A stretch of 64,000 nucleotides of DNA from Candidatus Bathyarchaeota archaeon (GCA_963771885.1 CAVYVF010000002.1:160001-224000), one strand, 5' to 3'. Positions 10,538-20,443 are shown, numbered from the stretch's first letter. Notes: generated by a model from the letters alone, not told the origin. Numbers and translations are program-made.

Positions 10538-10729
10538 TCAACTCCTGTGAGCGCGCTCGAGTTTATCCTTCTCCTTCTCGATACCTTTCTTAAGGTTATG
10601 AGCGCCCTTACCCAAGGCTTTTCCCACTTCCTCAGCCTTATCCTCGATGGCATCGCCTGCCTTTTTTGCGCCTTTAGCTAGGTCTTTTCCCGCTTTCTCT
10701 AACTTTTTCTCAATTGTTTTTGGTGACAA
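10538..10729 (-). CDS. small hydrophilic K/E/A/G-rich helical protein (LEA/hydrophilin-like), copy 1
   Basis: TTG start; SPKTIEKKLEKAGKDLAKGAKKAGDAIEDKAEEVGK; paralogue at 15257-15448. Confidence 0.7.
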   Translation of the reverse strand: MSPKTIEKKLEKAGKDLAKGAKKAGDAIEDKAEEVGKALGKGAHNLKKGIEKEKDKLERAHRS

Positions 10730-11143
10730 GTAACATCTAATTTGATAGGGGAAGCATTCAATATAAACCGGCGCGCGCGCTTCATCGCTCACGCACACAG
10801 TTACTCCGGCGAATAATCACGATGAGTTGCGCGGGTGGCTCGATCTGCATAATTATTCAGTAACCACATTTCTTCCCTGAATGAGCCTAATGCACGCGCG
10901 CTCTTCTGGTTGGCGCTTTGGGTGACGAGACTCTAACTGTCAAGATGCGCTTGTTCTGAGTTTAGGGCCAAGGCAGCGTGTGCGCGATTTATTCAAAAGC
11001 CTTATTGTTCCGTAGTTTAGCTATGAAGAAACCGCGTGCGCACTATACGCCTCTCCACGGAAAGGGGGAGGTAAGTAGATGAATCGCATGCAACGGTGTC
11101 AGTTTTAAATTTATATGTTGGAAATGAACTATTATAGGTTAAC

Positions 11144-12361
11144 TTGTACCTTGGATCGACTTCTTCAATCAAAGTTCTACTTGTCGACGACGAACCCGCC
11201 GTTATGGACATAACAAAACTGAATCTCGAAGCAGCCGACACATCGTTCAAGATAACCCTCGCCCCCACGCCAAAAGACGCACTCACCCTCCTCAAAGGAG
11301 AGTCCTTCGACTGCATAGTCTCCGACTACATCATGCCGGAGATGAATGGCATCGAACTCTGCACCGAGATTAAGAAGACCCGGAAAATCCCGTTCTTAAT
11401 ATACACCGCTAGGGGAAGCGAAGAAGTCGCCTCCGCCGCCTTCTCAGCGGGAGTCGACGACTATGTGAGGAAGGAACCGAATCTCGCCCATTTTGCCTTA
11501 CTTGCGCGAAGGATCAGACAGTCAGTAGAGAAGAATAAGGTTGAGGAGTTCAAAGCCGCGGCCAACAAGGAGCTAGCCGAAACAAATGTTGGACTGAAAG
11601 AATCCTACGCAGAACTAGCAAAGGCAAGAACGGCTGCCCAAGAACACGCGGACAAGCTTGAGGGGATAGTTGAGAATGGGAGAGCCAAGCTGCGGGTTAG
11701 TGAGGAGAGGCTGCGTAAGTTGCAGCAGATGGATACGATTAGCAGGATTGGGGCAGTCGTGGCGCATGATCTCCGTGGTCCGCTTGTGACTATTAGTCAG
11801 GCATCGGAGATGGCCCGGGTGAGGCAGGAGCTATCTGAGAAGATGCTTGAGTTGATCGCTGAGAACGCGAGGAGGTCCCTGGAGATGATTGAGGAGTTCA
11901 GGGAGGGCACAAGGGAGGTGAAGGCGGAGAAGAGAAGCGCGGATTTATCATCTCTAGTTAAGAAGACAGTGGAGGAGATGACTAGGCCGGGTAACGTCTC
12001 ACTCGACCTTAACCTGGGGGAGGGTTTGGATGCTGTTTCGCTTGACCCCGGGTTGATTCGTAGAGTGTTTGTGAATCTTGTCCAGAACGGTGTGGAGGCG
12101 ATGCCTGAGGGTGGAAGGCTTACCGTTTCGGCTAAGCGTAATGACGGCGATGCTGTGATTGAGGTCTGTGATACGGGTGTGGGCATCAAGGATGAGGATC
12201 AGAAGCACATCTTTGAGCCTTTATTCACTAGGAAGAAGGGTGGCTTGGGGCTCGGGCTGTACTTTGTTCAGATGGCTGTGTTTGCGCATGGTGGTGTTGT
12301 TAACTTTGAGTCAGGACCCGCTAAAGGGACAACTTTCAGGGTAGTATTGCCTATTGCCTAA
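11144..12361 (+). CDS. hybrid receiver / histidine kinase
   Basis: VLLVDDE...SDYIMP receiver; AHDLRGP H-box; NLVQNG, DTGVGI, FEPLF and GLGLGL HATPase boxes. Confidence 0.9.
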   Translation: MYLGSTSSIKVLLVDDEPAVMDITKLNLEAADTSFKITLAPTPKDALTLLKGESFDCIVSDYIMPEMNGIELCTEIKKTRKIPFLIYTARGSEEVASAAFSAGVDDYVRKEPNLAHFALLARRIRQSVEKNKVEEFKAAANKELAETNVGLKESYAELAKARTAAQEHADKLEGIVENGRAKLRVSEERLRKLQQMDTISRIGAVVAHDLRGPLVTISQASEMARVRQELSEKMLELIAENARRSLEMIEEFREGTREVKAEKRSADLSSLVKKTVEEMTRPGNVSLDLNLGEGLDAVSLDPGLIRRVFVNLVQNGVEAMPEGGRLTVSAKRNDGDAVIEVCDTGVGIKDEDQKHIFEPLFTRKKGGLGLGLYFVQMAVFAHGGVVNFESGPAKGTTFRVVLPIA

Positions 12362-12465
12362 ACAACTCCTAATAGATTAGTATCGGCTAGAAGTGAGAAT
12401 AAAAATAACCGGTGCGCACAGCTCCTATCCTATTGAAGAGAAGGAGAAACACTTCACGCTCGCTC

Positions 12466-12785
12466 TTGGGGGGTGCCCAGGGGAGATTACCGCGCTGACC
12501 CCGCTTTGGCGTGATCAGCTGGGGAATGTAGGTGTCTCAGCCAGCCAAAGCCAGCCAAGCTCCTTCGCAGCCCACTCCTCACGGCTCTGCGGCTTTCAGG
12601 TCTTCCACTACTTGGACCTTTCATCCGCTCCCACCTGGGCAAAAGCAACTACATCCGCCGGGGTATAAGCGCGTTCCATTGTACTCAGCTATCAATTAGT
12701 GGTTTCTCAGCCTCCAATAGCGCCCACATATGCGCTGAATCAGCTAAATCAATGTCGAGGCCTGAAAGGGCCGATATATTGTGTC
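12466..12785 (-). ncRNA. candidate structured ncRNA, element A copy 2
   Basis: Homologous to 9150-9470. Confidence 0.55.
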
Positions 12786-12844
12786 TTTTTGCGCGAACAC
12801 CTACTTGAAAACAGGATCGTCACGAAACCTGAATAGGTAATATT

Positions 12845-13057
12845 CTACTCCTCATCCTCTCCGCGTTCCTCCTCTTCTTTTTCCTCGGGATTCTCTACAG
12901 AATATTCCTCCTCCTTCTCCCACTCCTCCCGATCCTCTCTCTCATCCTCCTGACTTTCCTCCTCTTCTTTCTCTATTTCCTCTTCCTCGTGTTCTTTCTC
13001 GCGCTCCTCTTCATGTTCAGCCTCACGGGTCTCCCGCTCGCTTTCAGAGTAGTTCAT
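12845..13057 (-). CDS. Glu-rich low-complexity protein
   Basis: 70-aa ORF, more than half Glu; GGAG upstream of ATG. Confidence 0.5.
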   Translation of the reverse strand: MNYSESERETREAEHEEEREKEHEEEEIEKEEEESQEDEREDREEWEKEEEYSVENPEEKEEEERGEDEE

Positions 13058-13215
13058 CTACGTCTTCTCCTAAGACTGCCCTAAAGATCCCAGAATTTTA
13101 AATGATCCTTAATATTTCGTACACAATTTAACGGCGCGTGCGACTTTACCTGGCATTATCGGGGTATTTTGTTTATTGGAGATGCATTATCTAGTTTCGC
13201 GCCAATTACTGTGTC

Positions 13216-13575
13216 TTATACACCCCATACGCTTCGGAGGTAAACAGATATTTTACCCCCTTCTATCCTCAACTCGTACGTCTTCAGATCACTTGTAGTT
13301 CCCCTATGCATGAAGAGCTTCGGCCCCTGGATGTTCTTCCCGCTTGTTACATCGAATCGAGACCCGTGGACTGGGCAGGAGATTATGTTCCCTTCAATGA
13401 CACCGTTGGAGAAGTCTCCTAGCTTATGGGGACAATGATTGGCGATGGCATAGAATTTGTTGTCGACATTAATTATGAGGATCTCCTCCTCCTTGATCTT
13501 CACAACCTTCATCTTGCCTACGGGGATCTCGGCGGTCTCTGCGACATACGTGAATGATGACTCAGGGTTTGCCAT
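13216..13575 (-). CDS. Rieske 2Fe-2S ferredoxin
   Basis: CPH and CPVHGSRFD motifs. Confidence 0.9.
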   Translation of the reverse strand: MANPESSFTYVAETAEIPVGKMKVVKIKEEEILIINVDNKFYAIANHCPHKLGDFSNGVIEGNIISCPVHGSRFDVTSGKNIQGPKLFMHRGTTSDLKTYELRIEGGKISVYLRSVWGV

Positions 13576-13840
13576 AACAATCAATTAGGACTAAGGATTT
13601 GTATGTAATAAACAGTCCATAATCGCGTGCGTATGCGCGCGCATATCGATAATTTATCCAAAATTCTCCTGAACAGTTCTCTTCGCGCGCGAAATGTCAG
13701 AGTATAATAATCAAAATAATCTAACATATAAATTAAACCCATAATTAGCTAACCTTTTTTAAAATTTAGTTTCCAATGCATAAATTTAAACGAAAATGAA
13801 AGTCTTAATAACCTCAACCGAAGGTGCTAGTCGATAAGAT

Positions 13841-14140
13841 ATGACGATAACGGCACCAATCCAGAATGAAGTACTAAAGGTATTACTCCAAAGCAGAAGA
13901 CCCCTATCATTGAGACAACTAACTCATAGCTGCTCCCTCACATACCATCAGGTAGCAAGTTGCCTAGGAGCACTTCAGTCAAAAGGCTATGTGAGAAAAG
14001 TAAAAACTGGCATTTACGAGGTCACTGAAGACGCAAAACTTGTGGAGCTCTCTCCCGAGACCCAAATTAGGATACTTAAAGATAAGATTGGTGAACTCGA
14101 GAATATTATAAAATCCCTTATGATAAAAATTCATAAGTAA
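13841..14140 (+). CDS. helix-turn-helix protein with C-terminal coiled coil
   Basis: LSLRQL...QVASCLGALQSKGYVRKVKTGIYEV wHTH-like pattern. Confidence 0.65.
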   Translation: MTITAPIQNEVLKVLLQSRRPLSLRQLTHSCSLTYHQVASCLGALQSKGYVRKVKTGIYEVTEDAKLVELSPETQIRILKDKIGELENIIKSLMIKIHK

Positions 14141-14459
14141 ATAAATTAATTTGACCCTTAATCGTGCGCGTGTGAATTGCATCGTGGTTTAGCTCGCGCG
14201 CGGAAGATTTTCCAGTTTAAATTTCTAGCTTCTCTGAAAGCACTATATGCAATTTGGCCAAAAAAAGGTGAAAAAGTGGATGACGCTGGAAAAGACTTGG
14301 CACCGGGATTGGAGGAAGGCGCCGCTGAACTTTAGAAAGGAATCAAAGCCGATGAGAGATAAAATCGTGAAATTGTTAAGGAAATAATTAAATAAAATTG
14401 AATGCAATCAAACTGACTGATTTAAAAAACTTTCACATTCGCGTAACTAGGCCGATACT

Positions 14460-14630
14460 CTATTCTTTCGCCTTCCGCTTAATTTTCCCAACGGTCTCCT
14501 GGACATCGCCTTGGACCTGCTCGATCTTACCCTTGACCTGCTCAGTCTTATTATCCGTGATTTTGCCTACTTCTTCACGGATCTGACCCTTGAGTTTCTT
14601 CGCCTTACCTTCAACTTCGTCTTTGCTCAT
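14460..14630 (-). CDS. CsbD-family protein
   Basis: MSKDEVEGKAKKLKGQIREEVGKITDNKTEQVKGKIEQVQG. Confidence 0.85.
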   Translation of the reverse strand: MSKDEVEGKAKKLKGQIREEVGKITDNKTEQVKGKIEQVQGDVQETVGKIKRKAKE

Positions 14631-14698
14631 GTTTACCGGATGAGAAGCGCTGTTAATAAATGAGGACAGGATCGAAGGATGCACGTATTCGGCAATAG

Positions 14699-14799
14699 GT
14701 AAGGGTTTATCTATAGGGGTTTTTAATTTCCTTTTATGCTAAAGGAACGCCATACTCCCTTAGCCTCCGTAGTAGGGGCCGAAGAGGCCCGAACACTCA
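14699..14799. ncRNA. candidate small RNA, element B copy 2
   Basis: Same core as 9977-10074 with one C fewer in the second hairpin. Confidence 0.55.
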
Positions 14800-14888
14800 C
14801 AAGAGCTAAAAAATCGAATGTGATTATAAAATTTATGCTAATATTAATAAAACGTGGACCTGCGTGTGGTTACTGAGCAGATCATAAT

Positions 14889-15074
14889 TTAATGTCGAAT
14901 GTTTGCCTCATCTTGCCTGGCTGTTTCTACATAACAATCCATGCAGGCCTCCCCTAACGAGGGGATATAGGCTATAAAAGTGGTTAATTTTCTATCACAT
15001 TTTACGCATCTCGGCACCAAGCTCGGACTTGTTGTATTTATCATTCCAAATTCCCCTATATCGCATCCACACAC
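14889..15074 (-). CDS. small Cys-rich protein, copy 2
   Basis: Paralogue of 10170-10355. Confidence 0.7.
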   Translation of the reverse strand: MCGCDIGEFGMINTTSPSLVPRCVKCDRKLTTFIAYIPSLGEACMDCYVETARQDEANIRH

Positions 15075-15092
15075 TACTCAGCTTATTGTAAA

Positions 15093-15251
15093 CTATCCGG
15101 TGGTGATGTTTCTACCCTGAATTAATCGGATGAGTACGACGATAACCGCGATCACTAGCAATGCGTGGATCAAGCTTCCACCGATATTACCAAGCAGCCC
15201 AAGCACCCAGAGAACCACGAGGATCACTACAATAGTCCATATTATGTCCAT
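15093..15251 (-). CDS. lmo0937/DUF5670-family small membrane protein, copy 2
   Basis: MDIIWTIVVILVVLWVLGLLGNIGGSLIHALLVIAVIVVLIRLIQGR... Confidence 0.85.
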   Translation of the reverse strand: MDIIWTIVVILVVLWVLGLLGNIGGSLIHALLVIAVIVVLIRLIQGRNITTG

Positions 15252-15256
15252 TCAAC

Positions 15257-15448
15257 TCAACCCCTGTGAGCGCGTTCGAGTTTATCCTTCTCTTTCTCGA
15301 TACCCTTCTTGAGGTTATGAGCGCCTTTACTCACGGCTTTTCCTACTTCTTCAGCCTTATCCTCTATGGTGTCGCCTGCTTTTTTAGCGCCTTTAGCTAA
15401 GTCTTTTCCCGCCTTCTCTAACTTTTTCTCAATGGTTTTTGGTGACAA
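15257..15448 (-). CDS. LEA/hydrophilin-like small protein, copy 2
   Basis: Near-identical to 10538-10729. Confidence 0.7.
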   Translation of the reverse strand: MSPKTIEKKLEKAGKDLAKGAKKAGDTIEDKAEEVGKAVSKGAHNLKKGIEKEKDKLERAHRG

Positions 15449-15842
15449 GAAACATTCAATATGATCGAGGAAGCATTGAATATAAACTGGAATCTTTGCG
15501 TCTAGAAGCTTTATCGCGTCTCTCACAAAAAGATCAATTAGACGAGGTGGCCGCTTTAGGAAGGTCATCCTCACCCAGATTCAACTATAAGGATTTCAAT
15601 AAATTCGAACATGTGTTTTTTCACTCATCGTAATCATCATATGCCGTTGCTCTGAAGCTTGTGCATTGATGAGCGAGCGGCTTGGTCTGCATCATTATTC
15701 AGATACAATACTTATTCTCCGAATGAGCCTAATGCACGCGACTCATGGTTGATTGATAAATATCGCTGTTAACAAAGTAAAGAATGTAAGTACACCGTAG
15801 ATATCTAATAAATAGCAGGGTTCCTTACCTCCAACGAGTTAA

Positions 15843-16454
15843 TTGAGTAACACAAACCCACTTCTTGAAGCAAATAAAGTAGTACTCAAAAAGAGAATTC
15901 TCTCCTTATGGGAACATTACGATTTTGAGACTCCTGAAGGAATAAAACTCGGCGAAGCCGACGCCAACCTAATTCAGCTACCCGCAAGATTCAACATCCA
16001 CGACGCAAATGGCGCTGAAGCAATGCACATTGAAGGGAAACTGATCTCGCTAAGACCACAATACACCATATATGACCCCGAAGGAGTTGAACTTGGAACA
16101 ATTACCAAGAAACTGGTAAAGTTGATAGGCACCGAGTTCTGGGTGGAGAAGGATGGCGTTGAATTCATGCGAATCTATGGGGATTTCACGGAGCATGAAT
16201 ACAATATAATCGTCGACAAAGTCCAAGTAGCGACTGTTCACAGGAAGTGGATCTCAATACGCGACCAACTCGAAGTCTCCATCACAGGCGAGTTTGACCA
16301 CCGAGTTGTACTTGGAGCCGTCACGGTGATCGAGCACATATCTTATACGGAGAGGGAAAACAAAGCCGCTCTCTCGACAACTGCATCTAAGAAAGCAAAA
16401 AATCAAACCTCAGAAAAAGATAAGCAGATGAGTAAGAAGACCGCACACGCATAA
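15843..16454 (+). CDS. LURP-one-related / scramblase-like protein
   Basis: KLISLRPQYTIYD, IYGDFTEHEYNI, VATVHRKW pattern. Confidence 0.75.
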   Translation: MSNTNPLLEANKVVLKKRILSLWEHYDFETPEGIKLGEADANLIQLPARFNIHDANGAEAMHIEGKLISLRPQYTIYDPEGVELGTITKKLVKLIGTEFWVEKDGVEFMRIYGDFTEHEYNIIVDKVQVATVHRKWISIRDQLEVSITGEFDHRVVLGAVTVIEHISYTERENKAALSTTASKKAKNQTSEKDKQMSKKTAHA

Positions 16455-16537
16455 CTCCTTTTCACGTTTAATACGAACTAAATTCATTGTTACTGCGTCC
16501 GAACATAACGGTCATTTTTTTAGGAGGTGTGTTCTTT

Positions 16538-17053
16538 CTAGAAGTGATTCATGACAAAATCGCGAACACGTCTGTGATCAGTCATAATCAAAACTATCTT
16601 TTTCGCGACCCTGATTAGTTGCACATCAAACAATCGAGTGATGACGAGAGAAAACACGAACACAAAAACACCGATAAAAACTCCGCCAACCACATCTATT
16701 GTACCATATAACAAAATGATGAGGGCCGTTACTATACCGCTCATCAGACCCATTATTGAGGATCTTATGATAAAGTAAAGTCTCTGCAACCAGGTGGAGA
16801 GTAATAGGACCTTGATTATCGCTCTTTTTCCGACCTCGTTTTTATCTTCAGATCCAACTCCCCCAACTTCTTTTAGAATATGTTTAGTATAATTAATATC
16901 TGATAAATTCAATATTGTCTCTGCGTAATCCGCGTCATATAAATCAAAAGAGGTAGCGTCTTCAAGCTCCGCCAGTATTCTCTTCGAGATCTCCTCCACC
17001 TCATATTCTATCGCATTTACAAAGTAAGTTGTACTTTTTTCATCAGCCAACAC
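16538..17053 (-). CDS. hypothetical membrane protein
   Basis: Two C-terminal TM segments; downstream of the ABC1 kinase. Confidence 0.6.
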   Translation of the reverse strand: MLADEKSTTYFVNAIEYEVEEISKRILAELEDATSFDLYDADYAETILNLSDINYTKHILKEVGGVGSEDKNEVGKRAIIKVLLLSTWLQRLYFIIRSSIMGLMSGIVTALIILLYGTIDVVGGVFIGVFVFVFSLVITRLFDVQLIRVAKKIVLIMTDHRRVRDFVMNHF

Positions 17054-17115
17054 AATTCACCAAATTTTGCCTTGTATGCTCTCGCGTAATTTGACTTCTT
17101 TTTCAAATATTCAAG

Positions 17116-18753
17116 TCACTTAAAGAATAGGTACAAGATTATACCCGCTAGTATAATGAAACCAAATAATATCCTATTAGCAGCACTCTTCACGGATTTA
17201 CCAATATTATTTCCAAGACGATCAACATCTCCATCAGTTAACCTTACAATAAGATTCCCATTTGTTAGAACCTTACTCACATCGTTGACGCTACGCGGCA
17301 TCTTCGCAACCTCCTGTGTCGTATCTGGGAGATTGTAGACCGTTTTCTTAACCTGACTCACAATCCTGCCCACTAAGATTTCACCCAGATAGGGTTTAAC
17401 CTCGACGAGGAAATTAAAGTCCGGATAAATCCTCAGACTAAAGTCCCCAATCATCATGATTACCTTAATCATCAACATGGCAACCGTCGGGACTTTTAGA
17501 CGATACTTTCTCAAAGTGCTAGTAATTGCTAAGAATGCCTCAGTGTCCGGCTTATCGGGATCAATAGTTTGGCCCTCCAAGAGGCTAACGTAGAGTTCAT
17601 CCTTGAAAGACTCGACCCACGCATCGTTAATCTTCATACCTAATTCCTCAAACACGCGAACTAGCTCATCGACATCGGAATTGAGGACCCCTGTTAACAT
17701 TCTTAGTAATAGATCTCTTTTCTCAGGGCGAAGAACACCTACGAGGCCAAAATCAAGTAAAACAATATCGCCACTCTTCGTCACAAGAAGATTACCGGGA
17801 TGGGGATCACCGTGGAAGAATCCGTCACGGAATATTTGCTTCAAATATGCGTGTAACCCATTGCGGGCAACGTCTCGGGCATCGACTCCCATCTTCTTCA
17901 TTCCATCAATATCATCGATCCGAACCCCGTACATATGCTCCATAACTAGCATACGGCTTCCAGAGAACTCCCAATAGATCTTAGGAATACGGATGCCCTT
18001 CATTCCCTCCATATTCTTTGATATTAATTCAGCATTTTTTCCATCCCTAGTAAAATCGAGTTCGGAAGTTATCTGCTTGGAAAAATCATCAACTATCCCT
18101 GGGAAATTGTAGATGTTTAAGTCGTAGAGGGTATCGAATTTCTTTGCTATGAATTTTAATATGCTTAAATCAATGGCAACTTTCTCCCTTATGCCCGGCC
18201 GCTGTACCTTCAAAACGACCTCTGATCCATCTTTCAATTTTGCTTCATGTTCTTGGCTGAGGCTGGCCGCTGCAAAGGGCTGCTCATTCAAGTACGTGAA
18301 ACTCTTTTCGATTGGAGCGTACTCCTCAATCGTTGCCTTAATCTCTTCAAATGGCACCGGTTCTACTCGGTCGTTGAGCATCTTCAGCTCCTTGATCAAT
18401 TCAGCTGGCAAAGACTCCTGGCGGGTGCTCATTATCTGGCCAAATTTCACGAATACTGGGCCGAGCTCCTGGATAGCTAGACGGAAACGTCTGTAGATGT
18501 TCAAATTAGCGAGATTAGGATCCTGTTTCAGAATCTTTGCCTTTATTCCCCTAGGTACTAGTTTGGGAATAATATCTGGGATAACTATAGGAATGATCTC
18601 TGGTGCAGGAGTCTTGTCATATTTATGAAACCTTTCCCTTATCCTTCCCTGAAAAACATCCAATAACACTATCTCAAAACCATACTTCGTCAGTATGGCG
18701 GAGATTTCCCGCGCACGCTTACTACGACTATATGGATGAGTATTAACCAACAA
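17116..18753 (-). CDS. ABC1/UbiB/AarF-family atypical kinase
   Basis: LGPVFVKFGQ, AAASLSQ, VVLKVQRP, FFHGDPHPGN, LLDFG. Confidence 0.92.
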   Translation of the reverse strand: MLVNTHPYSRSKRAREISAILTKYGFEIVLLDVFQGRIRERFHKYDKTPAPEIIPIVIPDIIPKLVPRGIKAKILKQDPNLANLNIYRRFRLAIQELGPVFVKFGQIMSTRQESLPAELIKELKMLNDRVEPVPFEEIKATIEEYAPIEKSFTYLNEQPFAAASLSQEHEAKLKDGSEVVLKVQRPGIREKVAIDLSILKFIAKKFDTLYDLNIYNFPGIVDDFSKQITSELDFTRDGKNAELISKNMEGMKGIRIPKIYWEFSGSRMLVMEHMYGVRIDDIDGMKKMGVDARDVARNGLHAYLKQIFRDGFFHGDPHPGNLLVTKSGDIVLLDFGLVGVLRPEKRDLLLRMLTGVLNSDVDELVRVFEELGMKINDAWVESFKDELYVSLLEGQTIDPDKPDTEAFLAITSTLRKYRLKVPTVAMLMIKVIMMIGDFSLRIYPDFNFLVEVKPYLGEILVGRIVSQVKKTVYNLPDTTQEVAKMPRSVNDVSKVLTNGNLIVRLTDGDVDRLGNNIGKSVKSAANRILFGFIILAGIILYLFFK

Positions 18754-19078
18754 ATCACATCCAACTATCCACGAATGTATGATTCCTAATCTACGAAAGA
18801 CTAGACTTAATTCTGCTCCGTGGGATGGTTCTTAAACCACTCACGAAGGGCCTGAATCGCAATTATGGAAAGCCCACCTTTGATTCCAGCATAGTCAACC
18901 TCTGTTCTCTGCCTAAGCTCGTTCTCCAAATCATCGGGCAAACTCAGCGTTATCTTCTTCATCCTATACCACACAATATACCACCATATACCTCAATATA
19001 TATCTATCGTAGAATACATTGGTATATATACTATCATGTACCATTATAGTTGAGTAAGCTCGAAGGATTGAAAATAAA

Positions 19079-19474
19079 ATGACAAGTCACTCAACTACAG
19101 AAAACAAGACAATTGAAGAGACCGCATATGAGATCGGATTGGCCGTTGGGATGAGCACTGAGAAGGCCCGCACAGTAATGATGGCATTTGGAGAGGGAAT
19201 TAGAAAGGGTATCGAGGATAGTAGACCCCTAGAGGCGAAGGTCGGGGAAGCTAAAGAGGCCGTATTTAAGGGAGTTAAGGAGAGCGCCGAGATCCTCGGT
19301 AAGACTGCTGAAGCGTTTGGAGACGGCGTTAAGAAGGGCATCGACGACGCTAAGCCCTTGAAGGTTAAGGTGGAAGAGGCGGGGGATGCCTTGGTTAAGA
19401 GTGTAGCTGAAGGCGTCGATAATATTGCGAAAGATATCGAAGCTGAGAAAGACAAGATCGAGAATTCTGTATAA
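19079..19474 (+). CDS. amphipathic helical repeat protein (LEA/apolipoprotein-like)
   Basis: Internal ~40-aa repeat AFGEGIRKGIEDSRPL / AFGDGVKKGIDDAKPL. Confidence 0.65.
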   Translation: MTSHSTTENKTIEETAYEIGLAVGMSTEKARTVMMAFGEGIRKGIEDSRPLEAKVGEAKEAVFKGVKESAEILGKTAEAFGDGVKKGIDDAKPLKVKVEEAGDALVKSVAEGVDNIAKDIEAEKDKIENSV

Positions 19475-19494
19475 ATTTGAGAGGGATGTTGTAA

Positions 19495-19656
19495 ATGGAC
19501 CTTTTCTGGACGGTTGCCGCAATTCTAGTGGTTCTATGGCTGCTCGGATTTTTGGGTGGGATCGGTGGGGGCTTAATCCACATTCTGCTGGTAATCGCAG
19601 CCATCGTAATCGTAATTAGACTAATACAGGGAAGAAATATTGCAACTGGAAAGTAA
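19495..19656 (+). CDS. lmo0937/DUF5670-family small membrane protein, copy 3
   Basis: Manual translation MDLFWTVAAILVVLWLLGFLGGIGGGLIHILLVIAAIVIVIRLIQGRNIATGK. Confidence 0.85.
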   Translation: MDLFWTVAAILVVLWLLGFLGGIGGGLIHILLVIAAIVIVIRLIQGRNIATGK

Positions 19657-19735
19657 TCTCGTGAAGGGCGGTTTGACCATCACGCGATTTTTGTAACGGA
19701 TTAGACTGCCCATTTTGATCCCAAAATCCAAGTAT

Positions 19736-20320
19736 TTAGACCCTCAATGAGCCACGGAATCCTCTAACGCTATAGAACGATGGCGCGCTGTTGTGGTACA
19801 TGAAGACGGTGTCATAGCGGCGATCGGCGAAGATGGCGCCCCCGAGTATTCTAATTTTGGGCGGTGTCTTCACCCAGCTTGAAGTCTTCGTGTCGAATTT
19901 TCCTAGTTTCTGCAACTCTCTGTATTGTTCCTCTGTTAGAAGTTCTATGCCCATGGCGGCTGCCGTATCGATAGCGTTGCCTTCTGGATGTACCCCTTGC
20001 TTTTCTCTCTCTTTCTGCCCCTCACCGTCGTAACAGACGTTTCTGCGGCCTTTGGGAGTTTCCGCTGAACAATCGAAGAAGATGTACTCCCCCGTCTTTT
20101 TATCTTGGCTAACGACGTCCGGTTCGCCACCGGTTCTCTCCATTTCGTTGAGTGACCACAGTTTTTCTATTTTTACTTCCAGTTTCGCTTTTACTTTGAC
20201 CCATTCAATACTATTATGGCGGTTCATGTTTTCCTCAAAGCGGGCTTTTAGTGTTTGGAGTAGTTCTTCACGTTTCTCCGATGACAAGACTTTTTTAATA
20301 TCAATTGATGGAATGTGCAT
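19736..20320 (-). CDS. DUF4256-family protein
   Basis: RFEENMNRH, MERTGGEPDVV, DCSAETPKGRR, FDTKTSSW, GFRGSLRV. Confidence 0.85.
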   Translation of the reverse strand: MHIPSIDIKKVLSSEKREELLQTLKARFEENMNRHNSIEWVKVKAKLEVKIEKLWSLNEMERTGGEPDVVSQDKKTGEYIFFDCSAETPKGRRNVCYDGEGQKEREKQGVHPEGNAIDTAAAMGIELLTEEQYRELQKLGKFDTKTSSWVKTPPKIRILGGAIFADRRYDTVFMYHNSAPSFYSVRGFRGSLRV

Positions 20321-20443
20321 AATTATTGAATTTACATTGTTTTAATTAAATACATCTTTGAAGGGTAACGTCCTTGGAGCTAACAATTTACGCGTTTAAT
20401 GACTTTATGGCTAGTACTTGTCTAGAATAGTCAAAATATTTGT

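Larger units (their letters stand above)
14460..15740. repeat. diverged duplication of the small-protein cassette at ~9720-10900
   Basis: Same order and strand of csbD, element B, Cys-rich, lmo0937-like and LEA-like genes, plus a shared TCTGCAT...GAATGAGCCTAATGCACGCG block. Confidence 0.9.

Noticed and set aside
19555..19567. 13-nt match to the tRNA-Pro 3' end
   Set aside because: Lies inside the lmo0937-like coding sequence (GGIG codons); probably chance
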